From positions 1-32,000 of the forward strand of contig NZ_SNUY01000040.1 in NCBI RefSeq assembly GCF_004376175.1: a stretch of DNA of 32,000 nt, in the 5' to 3' direction. Source of the DNA: Halalkalibacterium halodurans. Its GTDB lineage: Bacteria; Bacillota; Bacilli; Bacillales; Bacillaceae_D. This document shows positions 8,534 through 17,323 of this stretch, in pieces. Made by a program: the position numbers and the translations under genes. The notes beneath the pieces are model-generated. The model saw nothing but the letters and a program-made list of their open reading frames with translations, made no database searches and was not told the origin of the DNA. The stretch's first letter is position 1; each line of letters begins with the position of its first letter.

Positions 8534-9418
8534 ATGAGACTGTTGCGAGCAAAACGTAAAGTAAGCCTAGAGCAGCTAGTGGAAAACGAAAATATACAGA
8601 ACATAAGTGTAGATTACAACGGAAACCTTGTGATTTTATCAGTGACAAAGGATGGAGGGGACACACTTCACTCCATTTTTCATGTGACGGCATCGGGGGT
8701 AAGGAAAATTTTTGTGCCACCTGTTAAAGAAGCTTTTCACCATGTGCAGCCATTAAGGGAGCACTGGCTTCTTGTCAATGGGCGGGTAATGGACAATCAA
8801 ACGCATAATGCTTTTGTTTACGATGACCAACAGGGTTTGGTTACATCCTTTCATTTAGGGGATGGGATTGAGCATGTGCAAACGACGGATCAAGGTGATA
8901 TCTGGGTAGGCTATTTTGATGAAGGTGTGTTTGGCGATACGATCGGCACGAGTGGTTTATTGTGTTTTGATCAGAAGGGAGACATCGTTTTTGACTTCGA
9001 CGCTCTCGTAAAAATAAACAAAAAAATTCCGCTCATTGATGATTGCTATGCCTTAAATGTCGTCTCAAATGACACAGTGTATTTGTATTACTTCGGAGAC
9101 TTTCCGACAGTAGCATTGCGTCGTAAATCTGAGTATGATCTATGGAAAGATCAACTGCTTAAACGTCCGCCAATTGAAGGAAGCCAAGCGTTTTCCATTT
9201 GGGAAGATCACGTCCTGTTTAGCCATGGATACAAAGAAAAAGGAACCGTGCATCTTTATTCGTTCACACAAAAGAGGGTCAAAAGCTATCTTCCTGTCAA
9301 TGAAGAGGACGAGGTCATTCACTATGAGTTTGCTACTGGACGCCAGCATCTCTTGTATTTAGTGACTGAGAACACGGTCTATCAAATCGACCTTAAACTA
9401 TGGCTGTCTTCCTTTTAA
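8534..9418 (+). CDS. Hypothetical cytoplasmic protein, repeat/beta-rich (possibly propeller-like), no recognised family
   Basis: Long uninterrupted ORF (297 aa from 8525). It has possible starts at 8525 (TTG), 8531 (TTG) and 8534 (ATG) after AGAAAAGAAGG, and it is followed by a strong terminator. There is no signal peptide and no TM segment. Confidence 0.6.
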   Translation: MRLLRAKRKVSLEQLVENENIQNISVDYNGNLVILSVTKDGGDTLHSIFHVTASGVRKIFVPPVKEAFHHVQPLREHWLLVNGRVMDNQTHNAFVYDDQQGLVTSFHLGDGIEHVQTTDQGDIWVGYFDEGVFGDTIGTSGLLCFDQKGDIVFDFDALVKINKKIPLIDDCYALNVVSNDTVYLYYFGDFPTVALRRKSEYDLWKDQLLKRPPIEGSQAFSIWEDHVLFSHGYKEKGTVHLYSFTQKRVKSYLPVNEEDEVIHYEFATGRQHLLYLVTENTVYQIDLKLWLSSF

Positions 9419-9432
9419 CGGACAAGCATTTT

Positions 9433-9470
9433 AAAAAAAGATGCGCTCAGACCACGCGCATCTTTTTTCC
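9433..9470. terminator. Bidirectional rho-independent terminator between convergent genes
   Basis: AAAAAAAGATGCGC-loop-GCGCATCTTTTTT: a 9-bp GC-containing stem flanked by an A-run and a T-run. Confidence 0.8.
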
Positions 9471-9474
9471 GTTG

Positions 9475-10668
9475 CTACAGAAGCGACAATAAATAGCCAC
9501 CGATAGCACCAGTTAGGACAATCACCCAAGGGGGCAGCTTCCAAAAAACGAGCATCGCGAATAAGAGGGCAGCAAAGGCAAAGTCGGTTGCTGATAAGAT
9601 CGAACTCGTCCAGATTGGGTGATAGAGGGCAGCGATCAAAATTCCGACGACGGCTGCATTCACGCCCATTAACGCTCCTTTAACTTTAGGATTGCGGCGA
9701 AGCGAGTTCCAGAACGGCAATGTCCCTAAAATCAGGAGAAACGCTGGCAAGAAGATCGCCACTGTTGCGATGAGACCGCCTTGCCAACCATCAATGACGG
9801 CACCAATGTAGGCGGCAAATGTAAACAACGGTCCAGGGACAGCTTGGGCGGCACCATAGCCAGCAAGAAATTCAGCTTCACTTAGCCACCCTGTTGGAAC
9901 AAATTCTCGTTCGAGTAACGGTAAGACGACGTGACCGCCACCGAACACGAGTGCTCCTGCGCGGTAGAAACTATCAAACATAGCAATCCAGTTTTGGTTG
10001 GTGAACTCTCTGAGGAGCGGTAGAGCGATCAAGAGCCCGAAAAACAACGTAAGGCAGACCGCTGCAAACCGGTGAGAAATCGGGAAGCTTGAATGCTCTA
10101 GCTTCTCATCGATCGTTTCGTTGCGAAAAAGAAGATAGCCCACGAATCCGGCGATTAGGATAACACCCACTTGCGTAAAGGCCGTTTGCCATAATAAAGT
10201 GAGAATTACTGCAAACAGGGCGATCGTTTTTCTTTTTGCATCTGGGGTAAGGTTTTTCGCCATTCCTAAAATCGCATGGGCGACAACGACGACAGCAACG
10301 ATTTTTAAGCCGTGAATCCAGCCTGCCTCTTGAAATCCGAACGTAAGTAGTAGCAGGGCGAAAACGATTAAAGCAATCACCGACGGGAGGGTGAACCCAA
10401 GAAATGAGACAACCCCACCCAATACACCTGCGCGCATGACGCCGATCCCAATCCCTACTTGGCTACTAGCTGGACCAGGCAAGAACTGACAGAGGGCGAC
10501 TAAATCGGCATAGCTCTTTTCGTCCAGCCATTTTCTCCGGCGGACATACTCCTCGTGGAAATAGCCGAGGTGGGCAATGGGGCCACCGAATGATGTGAGC
10601 CCAAGCCGGGTTGACACGATTAAAATTTCGAGTAACGTTTTTATATTGTTGCCTTTTTGTACTGACAT
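9475..10668 (-). CDS. chrA: Chromate transporter (CHR family, two-domain long form)
   Basis: FGGPIAHLGYFHEEYVRRRKWLDEKSYADLVALCQFLPGPASSQVG and a second CHR repeat GALVFGGGHVVLPLL...GAAQAVPGPLFTFAAYIG. The 397-aa protein is polytopic. Confidence 0.9.
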   Translation of the reverse strand: MSVQKGNNIKTLLEILIVSTRLGLTSFGGPIAHLGYFHEEYVRRRKWLDEKSYADLVALCQFLPGPASSQVGIGIGVMRAGVLGGVVSFLGFTLPSVIALIVFALLLLTFGFQEAGWIHGLKIVAVVVVAHAILGMAKNLTPDAKRKTIALFAVILTLLWQTAFTQVGVILIAGFVGYLLFRNETIDEKLEHSSFPISHRFAAVCLTLFFGLLIALPLLREFTNQNWIAMFDSFYRAGALVFGGGHVVLPLLEREFVPTGWLSEAEFLAGYGAAQAVPGPLFTFAAYIGAVIDGWQGGLIATVAIFLPAFLLILGTLPFWNSLRRNPKVKGALMGVNAAVVGILIAALYHPIWTSSILSATDFAFAALLFAMLVFWKLPPWVIVLTGAIGGYLLSLL

Positions 10669-10686
10669 AGCTCCTCCCTCTTTTGC

Positions 10687-10995
10687 TTATTCTTTAATTT
10701 CTTTAAAAAGTTCATAAGCTTTGCTCCGTGCTTCCTTTAAGACGGATTCCCCTTTGGCAGTGGTCGTATAATATTTGCGAATCTTTCCCTCCACCTTTTG
10801 TTCTTGTTTTACTAATAGGCCGTCCGCCTCCATACTATGGAGAATCGGATAGAGGGTACCTGCACTCATGTCATATCCGTGCTCTTTCAGCTCTTCAAGC
10901 ATCCATAATCCAAAGATCGGATGCTCCTTTGCATGGTGCAAAATATGGATTTGGATAAAGCCTAGGAATAGCTTTCGTAAAATTTTATCCTCCAA
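10687..10995 (-). CDS. PadR-family transcriptional regulator
   Basis: 102 aa with a winged-helix PadR signature: ILHHAKEHPIFGLWMLEELKEHGYDMSAGTLYPILHSMEADGLL. TTG start 6-7 nt after GGAAGGGA. It lies 18 bp upstream of chrA on the same strand. Confidence 0.85.
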   Translation of the reverse strand: MEDKILRKLFLGFIQIHILHHAKEHPIFGLWMLEELKEHGYDMSAGTLYPILHSMEADGLLVKQEQKVEGKIRKYYTTTAKGESVLKEARSKAYELFKEIKE

Positions 10996-11011
10996 ACGAT
11001 CATCCCTTCCT

Positions 11012-11042
11012 ATTATCGATATTCAATATCGAAATTCGATAA
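11012..11042. promoter_or_regulatory. Nested palindromic operator candidate upstream of padR-chrA
   Basis: ATTATCGATATTCAATATCGAAATTCGATAA. The inner perfect inverted repeat is TCGATAT-TCA-ATATCGA (11016-11032). The outer arms are TTATCGA (11013-11019) and TCGATAA (11036-11042). Confidence 0.45.
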
Positions 11043-11046
11043 TAAA

Positions 11047-11075
11047 ACGATAACAAATTGACACTTGAATTTCAA
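11047..11075 (-). promoter_or_regulatory. Candidate sigma-A promoter for padR-chrA
   Basis: On the minus strand: TTGAAA, 17-nt spacer, TATCGT. It sits immediately upstream of the palindromes. Confidence 0.3.
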
Positions 11076-11192
11076 AGGGATCGAGAAGAATTAACAACAT
11101 CTTTACAAATGGATAAGCCAAAAAGACAGTAATAAATGGTGAAAATAAGGTATAGTTATCCAATCGAATGAAGGAGAGGAGGAGAATAACCA

Positions 11193-11303
11193 ATGAATCT
11201 ATTAAGCGATGTCGTTTTAAGACTCGCCCTCTCCATACCTGTAGAGCCAATTAATGTAGAAATGGTAAAAAGGGGGGATCAAAAAGTTTGGGTTTGTTGT
11301 TAG
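11193..11303 (+). CDS. Unannotated 36-codon ORF: MNLLSDVVLRLALSIPVEPINVEMVKRGDQKVWVCC
   Basis: It is below the ORF-track cutoff. A very strong SD, AAGGAGAGGAGGAG (11171-11184), lies about 8 nt before ATG 11193. A hairpin follows at 11367-11394. It is divergent from padR. Confidence 0.4.
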   Translation: MNLLSDVVLRLALSIPVEPINVEMVKRGDQKVWVCC

Positions 11304-11366
11304 CTTTGCTTATCAGGCGGTGACAGCAGGGCTTGAACTGGTGATCAGTCCTGATAGGAATGGTCA

Positions 11367-11400
11367 CTAAGCGACGTTCTTAACAGTCGCTTAGCTGATT
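11367..11400. terminator. Stem-loop between the micro-ORF and the convergent PNPOx-family gene
   Basis: CTAAGCGAC-10 nt-GTCGCTTAG, a perfect 9-bp stem, followed by CTGATTTT on the plus strand. Confidence 0.5.
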
Positions 11401-11419
11401 TTAACATACGGGAAATCGG

Positions 11420-11974
11420 TTAACGGCTATCTTTATCAACACTTACGTTTCGACCAGGATAAAACTTTAAGGACTCAATCGGTTCATTCACTTTCGCCGT
11501 TCGTTCACGGCAGCTAATTTTATAAATCGCCGTTCGACTACCTAACGACGAGCGGTATTTCTCTACGTGGCTCGCAGCGAGTGGTGAATGATAATAGCCG
11601 GGGACGTATTTATCTAACATTTGTTGCATGGCTTCGGTTCCTTCCTCTATAGCTAAAACGGGTTCGATCGTTCCAAAAATGATAACGCTCATGTAAGCCG
11701 TATCGGTGTGGGCGGGGATCGGTGACAAGATCGTTCCGAGATCCTCACATATGGTAAAACACACTTCGGGATTTTCTTCGATCATCTTCATCTTTCTCCC
11801 TTCAGTTGCCCCATGAAAATAAATCGCGTGGTTATGCCAGACGAAATTTAATGGGATCACGTACGGTTGATCGTTCGTTGAAAGCCCTAAAAATCCAGTT
11901 CTTGCTTTATTGAGAAACTCAGTGATTTTTTTCTCGTCCTTGCATTCTCTTTTCGTATAACGAATCGCGTTCAT
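11420..11974 (-). CDS. Pyridoxamine 5'-phosphate oxidase-family (NimA-like) FMN-binding protein
   Basis: [46 protein letters not shown] is typical of the Pyridox_ox_2 split-barrel family. ATG 11974 lies after GAGGGAGG. The ORF track extends to 12016. Confidence 0.75.
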   Translation of the reverse strand: MNAIRYTKRECKDEKKITEFLNKARTGFLGLSTNDQPYVIPLNFVWHNHAIYFHGATEGRKMKMIEENPEVCFTICEDLGTILSPIPAHTDTAYMSVIIFGTIEPVLAIEEGTEAMQQMLDKYVPGYYHSPLAASHVEKYRSSLGSRTAIYKISCRERTAKVNEPIESLKFYPGRNVSVDKDSR

Positions 11975-12067
11975 AAATAAACATGACCTCCCTCTATAAA
12001 TTAAGATTTTCTTCAAAATGCTTTAAATATCTTAGAATTTCATTGCCTTTTGTTATCCTCTGATTAG

Positions 12068-13576
<1,509 letters not shown>

Positions 13577-13584
13577 TCCCTTTT

Positions 13585-13617
13585 AGAGGGGCCGTTTAGC
13601 AGCGGCCTCTCTTTTTC
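13585..13617 (+). terminator. Rho-independent terminator of the GH1 gene
   Basis: AGAGGGGCCG-loop-CGGCCTCTCT followed by TTTTT. Confidence 0.8.
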
Positions 13618-13663
13618 ATTTTACTAGGGCTAAGAGGGCAGCCAAGTTTTTCTAAAAACAATA

Positions 13664-13692
13664 TTGACAGCACCCTTTAAGAGGAGTACATT
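13664..13692 (+). promoter_or_regulatory. Candidate sigma-A promoter for the ktrAB leader
   Basis: TTGACA (13664-13669), 17-nt spacer, TACATT (13687-13692). Confidence 0.5.
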
Positions 13693-13711
13693 TATGAGCG
13701 AAAACATAAAA

Positions 13712-13880
13712 AGATACTCGTGCACCTTTAATCGCTGAATCTCTATTGAGAGCGGGGGAACCATATTGACAGAGTCGTTTCTGTCTTGGGGTGAATCTTA
13801 TGTTTTTTATAAGAAGGGATACTCTCCATCCCTAATCCGACAGCTAACCTCGTAAGCGTTGATTCGAGAGAGGGTCTCGA
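13712..13880 (+). promoter_or_regulatory. c-di-AMP riboswitch (ydaO/yuaA class)
   Basis: The conserved blocks AATCGCTGAATC, GAGCGGGGGAACCA, GGGGTGAATC and CCTAATCCGACAGCTAACCTCGTAAGCG appear in the canonical order. The element sits upstream of a ktrA homologue, as in B. subtilis. Confidence 0.85.
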
Positions 13881-13917
13881 TTTTTTTCAAGACCATCTTC
13901 TTTGAGGTGGTCTTTTA
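13865..13917 (+). terminator. Riboswitch expression platform with two candidate intrinsic terminators
   Basis: CGAGA-GAGGG-TCTCG followed by ATTTTTTT (13865-13887). AGACCATC-loop-GGTGGTCT followed by TTTTA (13890-13917). Confidence 0.6.
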
Positions 13918-13946
13918 TTGGTGCGATGGGAGAAAAGGAGCTCAAG

Positions 13947-14603
13947 ATGAAGACACAATTTGCAGTCATTGGCTTAGGTCGTTTTGGTGGAAGTGTATGC
14001 CGGGAATTGTATCAGCTCGGTCATGAAGTATTAGCAATTGATACGAACGAAAGTAAGGTCAATGAGTTTACAACGCATGCAACCCATACGGTCATTGCGA
14101 ATGCTACGGATGAAAAAGCACTAACATCTTTAGGAATCCGTAACTTTGATCATGTTGTCGTTGCGATAGGGGATAATATCCAATCAAGCGTGTTATGTAC
14201 TTTGTTATTGAAGGAGCTCGGGGTACCGAACGTTTGGGTAAAGGCTCAAAATGATTATCACCATCGGGTGTTAGAAAAGATCGGAGCAGACAGAATCGTC
14301 CACCCTGAACAAGACATGGGGATTCGGATCGCACAGCATTTAAGCTCGGAAAAAATTATTGATTACATTGAGTTATCTGATGAATATAGCATCGTGGAAT
14401 TAGTAGCCACAAGTAAAGTAGCAGACCAAACATTAGCCGACTTGGACATTCGGGCAACATACGGTGCGACAGTGCTTGCGATTAAAAGTGGTGAACATAT
14501 GAATGTCTCTCCCCTGCCAACCGATATCATTCGGCTTAATGATATTCTCATTGTGATTGGTCATAATAATGATCTGAACCGCTTTGAGAGAGAGGGCCTG
14601 TAA
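13947..14603 (+). CDS. ktrA: K+ uptake system peripheral subunit KtrA (RCK/TrkA-N plus TrkA-C)
   Basis: MKTQFAVIGLGRFGGSV Rossmann motif. AAGGAG lies 6 nt upstream of ATG 13947. The ORF-track start at 13902 lies inside the terminator hairpin. Confidence 0.9.
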   Translation: MKTQFAVIGLGRFGGSVCRELYQLGHEVLAIDTNESKVNEFTTHATHTVIANATDEKALTSLGIRNFDHVVVAIGDNIQSSVLCTLLLKELGVPNVWVKAQNDYHHRVLEKIGADRIVHPEQDMGIRIAQHLSSEKIIDYIELSDEYSIVELVATSKVADQTLADLDIRATYGATVLAIKSGEHMNVSPLPTDIIRLNDILIVIGHNNDLNRFEREGL

Positions 14604-14605
14604 GA

Positions 14606-15952
14606 ATGGCACGACTTTTATCCAAGTCAGCATTAAAGGGGAAGGTCATTCATTTAAGCCCACCGCAAATTTTAGCGCTTAGCTTTCTCGTGTTTATTAT
14701 GATCGGCACGCTCCTATTAAAATTGCCGATCGCATCAACTACGTATATTTCGTGGATTGACGCGATGTTCACAGCAACATCCGCTATTACAGTGACCGGT
14801 CTCGTTGTTGTCGACACAGGAACGGACTATACCGTGTTTGGCCAAGTGGTGATTATGATCTTGATTCAACTTGGCGGACTCGGATTAATGACGTTTGCGG
14901 TGCTTGCGGTCATGATGCTGGGAAAGAAAATTGGGTTGCAACAACGGATTCTCATCCAAGAGGCGATGAATCAAACGTCACTAGGTGGCTTGATTCGGCT
15001 CGTTAGGGTGCTACTCCTGTTCACTCTGGTGATGGAAACGATCGCTTTTATTCTCTTATCGGTCCGCTGGGTACCTGAATTTGGCTGGCGCGAAGGGATG
15101 TATCAAAGTTTATTCCATACAATCTCAGCCTTTAACAATGCAGGTTTCTCCCTTTGGTCTGACAGTTTATCTGCATACGTAGGCGACCCTGCGGTCAACC
15201 TGATCATTACGATTCTTTTCATTACGGGCGGGATCGGCTTTACCGTGTTAGCGGATCTTTGGTACAAAAAGACATTCCGTGCCCTTTCGCTACATTCGAA
15301 AATTATGCTGCTCGGTACGTTAGCTTTAAATTGCATTGCCTTTATTGCGATCTTTATTCTTGAGTACGCCAACCCGCACACCTTAGGGGGACTGGCTCAG
15401 TCGGACCGGTTTTGGGGCGCTTATTTCCAAGCGGTTACTCCGAGAACGGCAGGATTTAATACGCTTGAGATTGCCGATATGACGACGGCCTCAATTGTTT
15501 TGATTTTGTTGCTTATGTTTATCGGTGCCGGAAGTGCTTCGACGGCGAGTGGAATTAAGGTTACCACGTTTTTCGTGATGATCCTTGCCACTTGGTCGTT
15601 TTTAAAAGGGCGTGCCGAAACGGTCGTCTTTGAACGGACGATCAAACTGCATACGATCTTACGTGCCCTAGCGATTATCGTCATTAGTATGATGATTGTA
15701 TTTATTGCTGTTTTCATATTGGCCATCACCGAAGACGCTCCATTTATTGTAAAAGTATTTGAGGTGTTTTCGGCCTTTGGTACCGTTGGTCTATCGATGG
15801 GACTTACAGGTGAGCTGACGACTCTTGGCAAAATGACCATTATGGTCGTTATGTTTATCGGAAGGGTTGGACCGCTCACAATGGCTTTCACGCTTGCGAG
15901 GCCAAAGCAGTCAAACATACGTTACCCTGAAGATGAAGTGTTTACAGGGTAA
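14606..15952 (+). CDS. ktrB: K+ transporter membrane subunit KtrB (TrkH/KtrB family)
   Basis: 448 aa with repeated M1-P-M2 units and selectivity-filter-like motifs (TVTGL, NNAGFS, RTAGFN, TVGLSMG). The gene follows ktrA after a 2-nt gap. Confidence 0.9.
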   Translation: MARLLSKSALKGKVIHLSPPQILALSFLVFIMIGTLLLKLPIASTTYISWIDAMFTATSAITVTGLVVVDTGTDYTVFGQVVIMILIQLGGLGLMTFAVLAVMMLGKKIGLQQRILIQEAMNQTSLGGLIRLVRVLLLFTLVMETIAFILLSVRWVPEFGWREGMYQSLFHTISAFNNAGFSLWSDSLSAYVGDPAVNLIITILFITGGIGFTVLADLWYKKTFRALSLHSKIMLLGTLALNCIAFIAIFILEYANPHTLGGLAQSDRFWGAYFQAVTPRTAGFNTLEIADMTTASIVLILLLMFIGAGSASTASGIKVTTFFVMILATWSFLKGRAETVVFERTIKLHTILRALAIIVISMMIVFIAVFILAITEDAPFIVKVFEVFSAFGTVGLSMGLTGELTTLGKMTIMVVMFIGRVGPLTMAFTLARPKQSNIRYPEDEVFTG

Positions 15953-15969
15953 TGATCATTTTCTTAATG

Positions 15970-16001
15970 AAACCTTTGCTTGGAGGAGCAGAGGTTTTTT
16001 T
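15970..16001 (+). terminator. Rho-independent terminator of ktrAB
   Basis: AAACCTTTGCT-loop-AGCAGAGGTTT followed by TTTTT. Confidence 0.8.
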
Positions 16002-16115
16002 GATTATGCAATATGCATAAAAAGGATATGTTATAAAAATTTATCATAAAATGTTCCTATTTGGAAAAATATGATATAGTAAAAATTGTAATCTACTATT
16101 TTAGGAGGAGATCCG

Positions 16116-16568
16116 ATGAAAAAACTAGTTTCGTCCGTTTTTTTGGCAAGTATTCTGACCCTATCGTCCTTTGCGTGCTTACCGAATCCGTCTAGTGCAG
16201 CTACTCTATCGAATGAACCCAACGAGCTGGAAGTAGATCAATTAAACGAGGTGTCTCCTATGGCTATTCCTACAGGTTTAAGATTGAGCCATCCACCTGA
16301 AATCACTGGAGCTTCTGCGACAGTAATATTTCAATTACGCTTTTCCGGTGATACAGCCGGAGGTCGATATCGATGGACATTAAGTACAGGAGATGGTAGA
16401 CCAATAAGAAGCGGCTCTACTAATGCTACTAGCCATAGTGTTATGCATACTTACTCATTAAGTCCAGGATACTTGAATGATCGGTATACAATCCAAGCAA
16501 CAGTCACTGGCTATAGTTCACAGAGTACTAGAAGCACGATTCAGCATTGTCGCACAAAATGTTCTTAA
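16116..16568 (+). CDS. Small secreted protein with a PKD/Ig-like signature
   Basis: Sec signal peptide MKKLVSSVFLASILTLSSFACLPNPSSA|A. The PKD-like pattern is YRWTLSTGDG...HTYSLSPGY...YTIQATVTG. The C-terminus has a CxxxC motif (CRTKC). AGGAGGAG lies 6 nt before the ATG. Confidence 0.7.
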   Translation: MKKLVSSVFLASILTLSSFACLPNPSSAATLSNEPNELEVDQLNEVSPMAIPTGLRLSHPPEITGASATVIFQLRFSGDTAGGRYRWTLSTGDGRPIRSGSTNATSHSVMHTYSLSPGYLNDRYTIQATVTGYSSQSTRSTIQHCRTKCS

Positions 16569-16579
16569 TGAAAGAGAGG

Positions 16580-16611
16580 CAAGCACTAGCATATCCAAAT
16601 GCTAGTGCTTG
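16580..16611 (+). terminator. Perfect 13-bp stem-loop between the secreted-protein gene and the ABC genes; possibly an attenuator or mRNA stabiliser, with a weak T-tract
   Basis: CAAGCACTAGCAT-ATCCAA-ATGCTAGTGCTTG followed by TTAATCAT. Confidence 0.5.
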
Positions 16612-16636
16612 TTAATCATAATAATAGGAGAGACTT

Positions 16637-17323
16637 ATGATGATTCAACTGAAGAATGTGTCAGTTACATACCAGGCTTTACACGAGACGTTAACGATTT
16701 TACAAGATATTACTTTAACCGTTGCTTCAGGAGAATGGCTATCGATCGTTGGCCCATCTGGATCGGGGAAAACAACGCTACTAAAACTAATTGCAGGTGC
16801 CCTCCAGCCAGTGAGCGGAACGGTGACGATCAATGAGCGATCCATTACTGACTTAGCTCATACAGACAGACAAGCGTTTATACGGACACAGGTTGCTTCG
16901 GTCTATCAACAGTTTCGTCTGCTCCCGCAATTTAATGTGCTGGAAAATGTCATGCTTCCGCTTGTTCCTTACGAGAGCCGAAAAACGATACGCCCTCGGG
17001 CGACAGAGCTGATTGATCAAGTCGGTTTAAGCCATCGAATGACCCACTATCCTCATCAACTGTCAGGCGGAGAGCAGCAGCGGGTTTCCTTCGCCCGGGC
17101 GTTGCTAACAGAGCCAGCCATCCTGTTGTGCGATGAACCGACAGGTAATTTAGATCAAGCGAATCGTGACAACATTTTAGACTTGTTAAGTAAATTACAT
17201 GCTCAAGGGCAGACCATTGTGTTAGCGACCCATGACGATGTTGTGGCACGCAGGGGAGATCGAACGATTTCCATTGATAATGGTACCATTCATAAAGGAG
17301 AACTTGGCCATGCTTCGCTATAG
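16637..17323 (+). CDS. ABC ATP-binding protein, MacB/FtsE/LolD type
   Basis: Walker A GPSGSGKTT, Q-loop YQQFRLLP, signature LSGGEQQR and Walker B LLCDEPTGNLD. The gene overlaps the permease start by 14 nt. Confidence 0.9.
   Translation: MMIQLKNVSVTYQALHETLTILQDITLTVASGEWLSIVGPSGSGKTTLLKLIAGALQPVSGTVTINERSITDLAHTDRQAFIRTQVASVYQQFRLLPQFNVLENVMLPLVPYESRKTIRPRATELIDQVGLSHRMTHYPHQLSGGEQQRVSFARALLTEPAILLCDEPTGNLDQANRDNILDLLSKLHAQGQTIVLATHDDVVARRGDRTISIDNGTIHKGELGHASL

Noticed and set aside
16001-16115. An AT-rich stretch with ATGCA-AT-ATGCA repeats and runs of A/T upstream of the secreted-protein gene, considered as a possible repeat array or small RNA.
   Set aside because: It contains only short imperfect repeats. 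It is consistent with an ordinary AT-rich promoter or UP-element region, and no stable structure or periodic array was seen.
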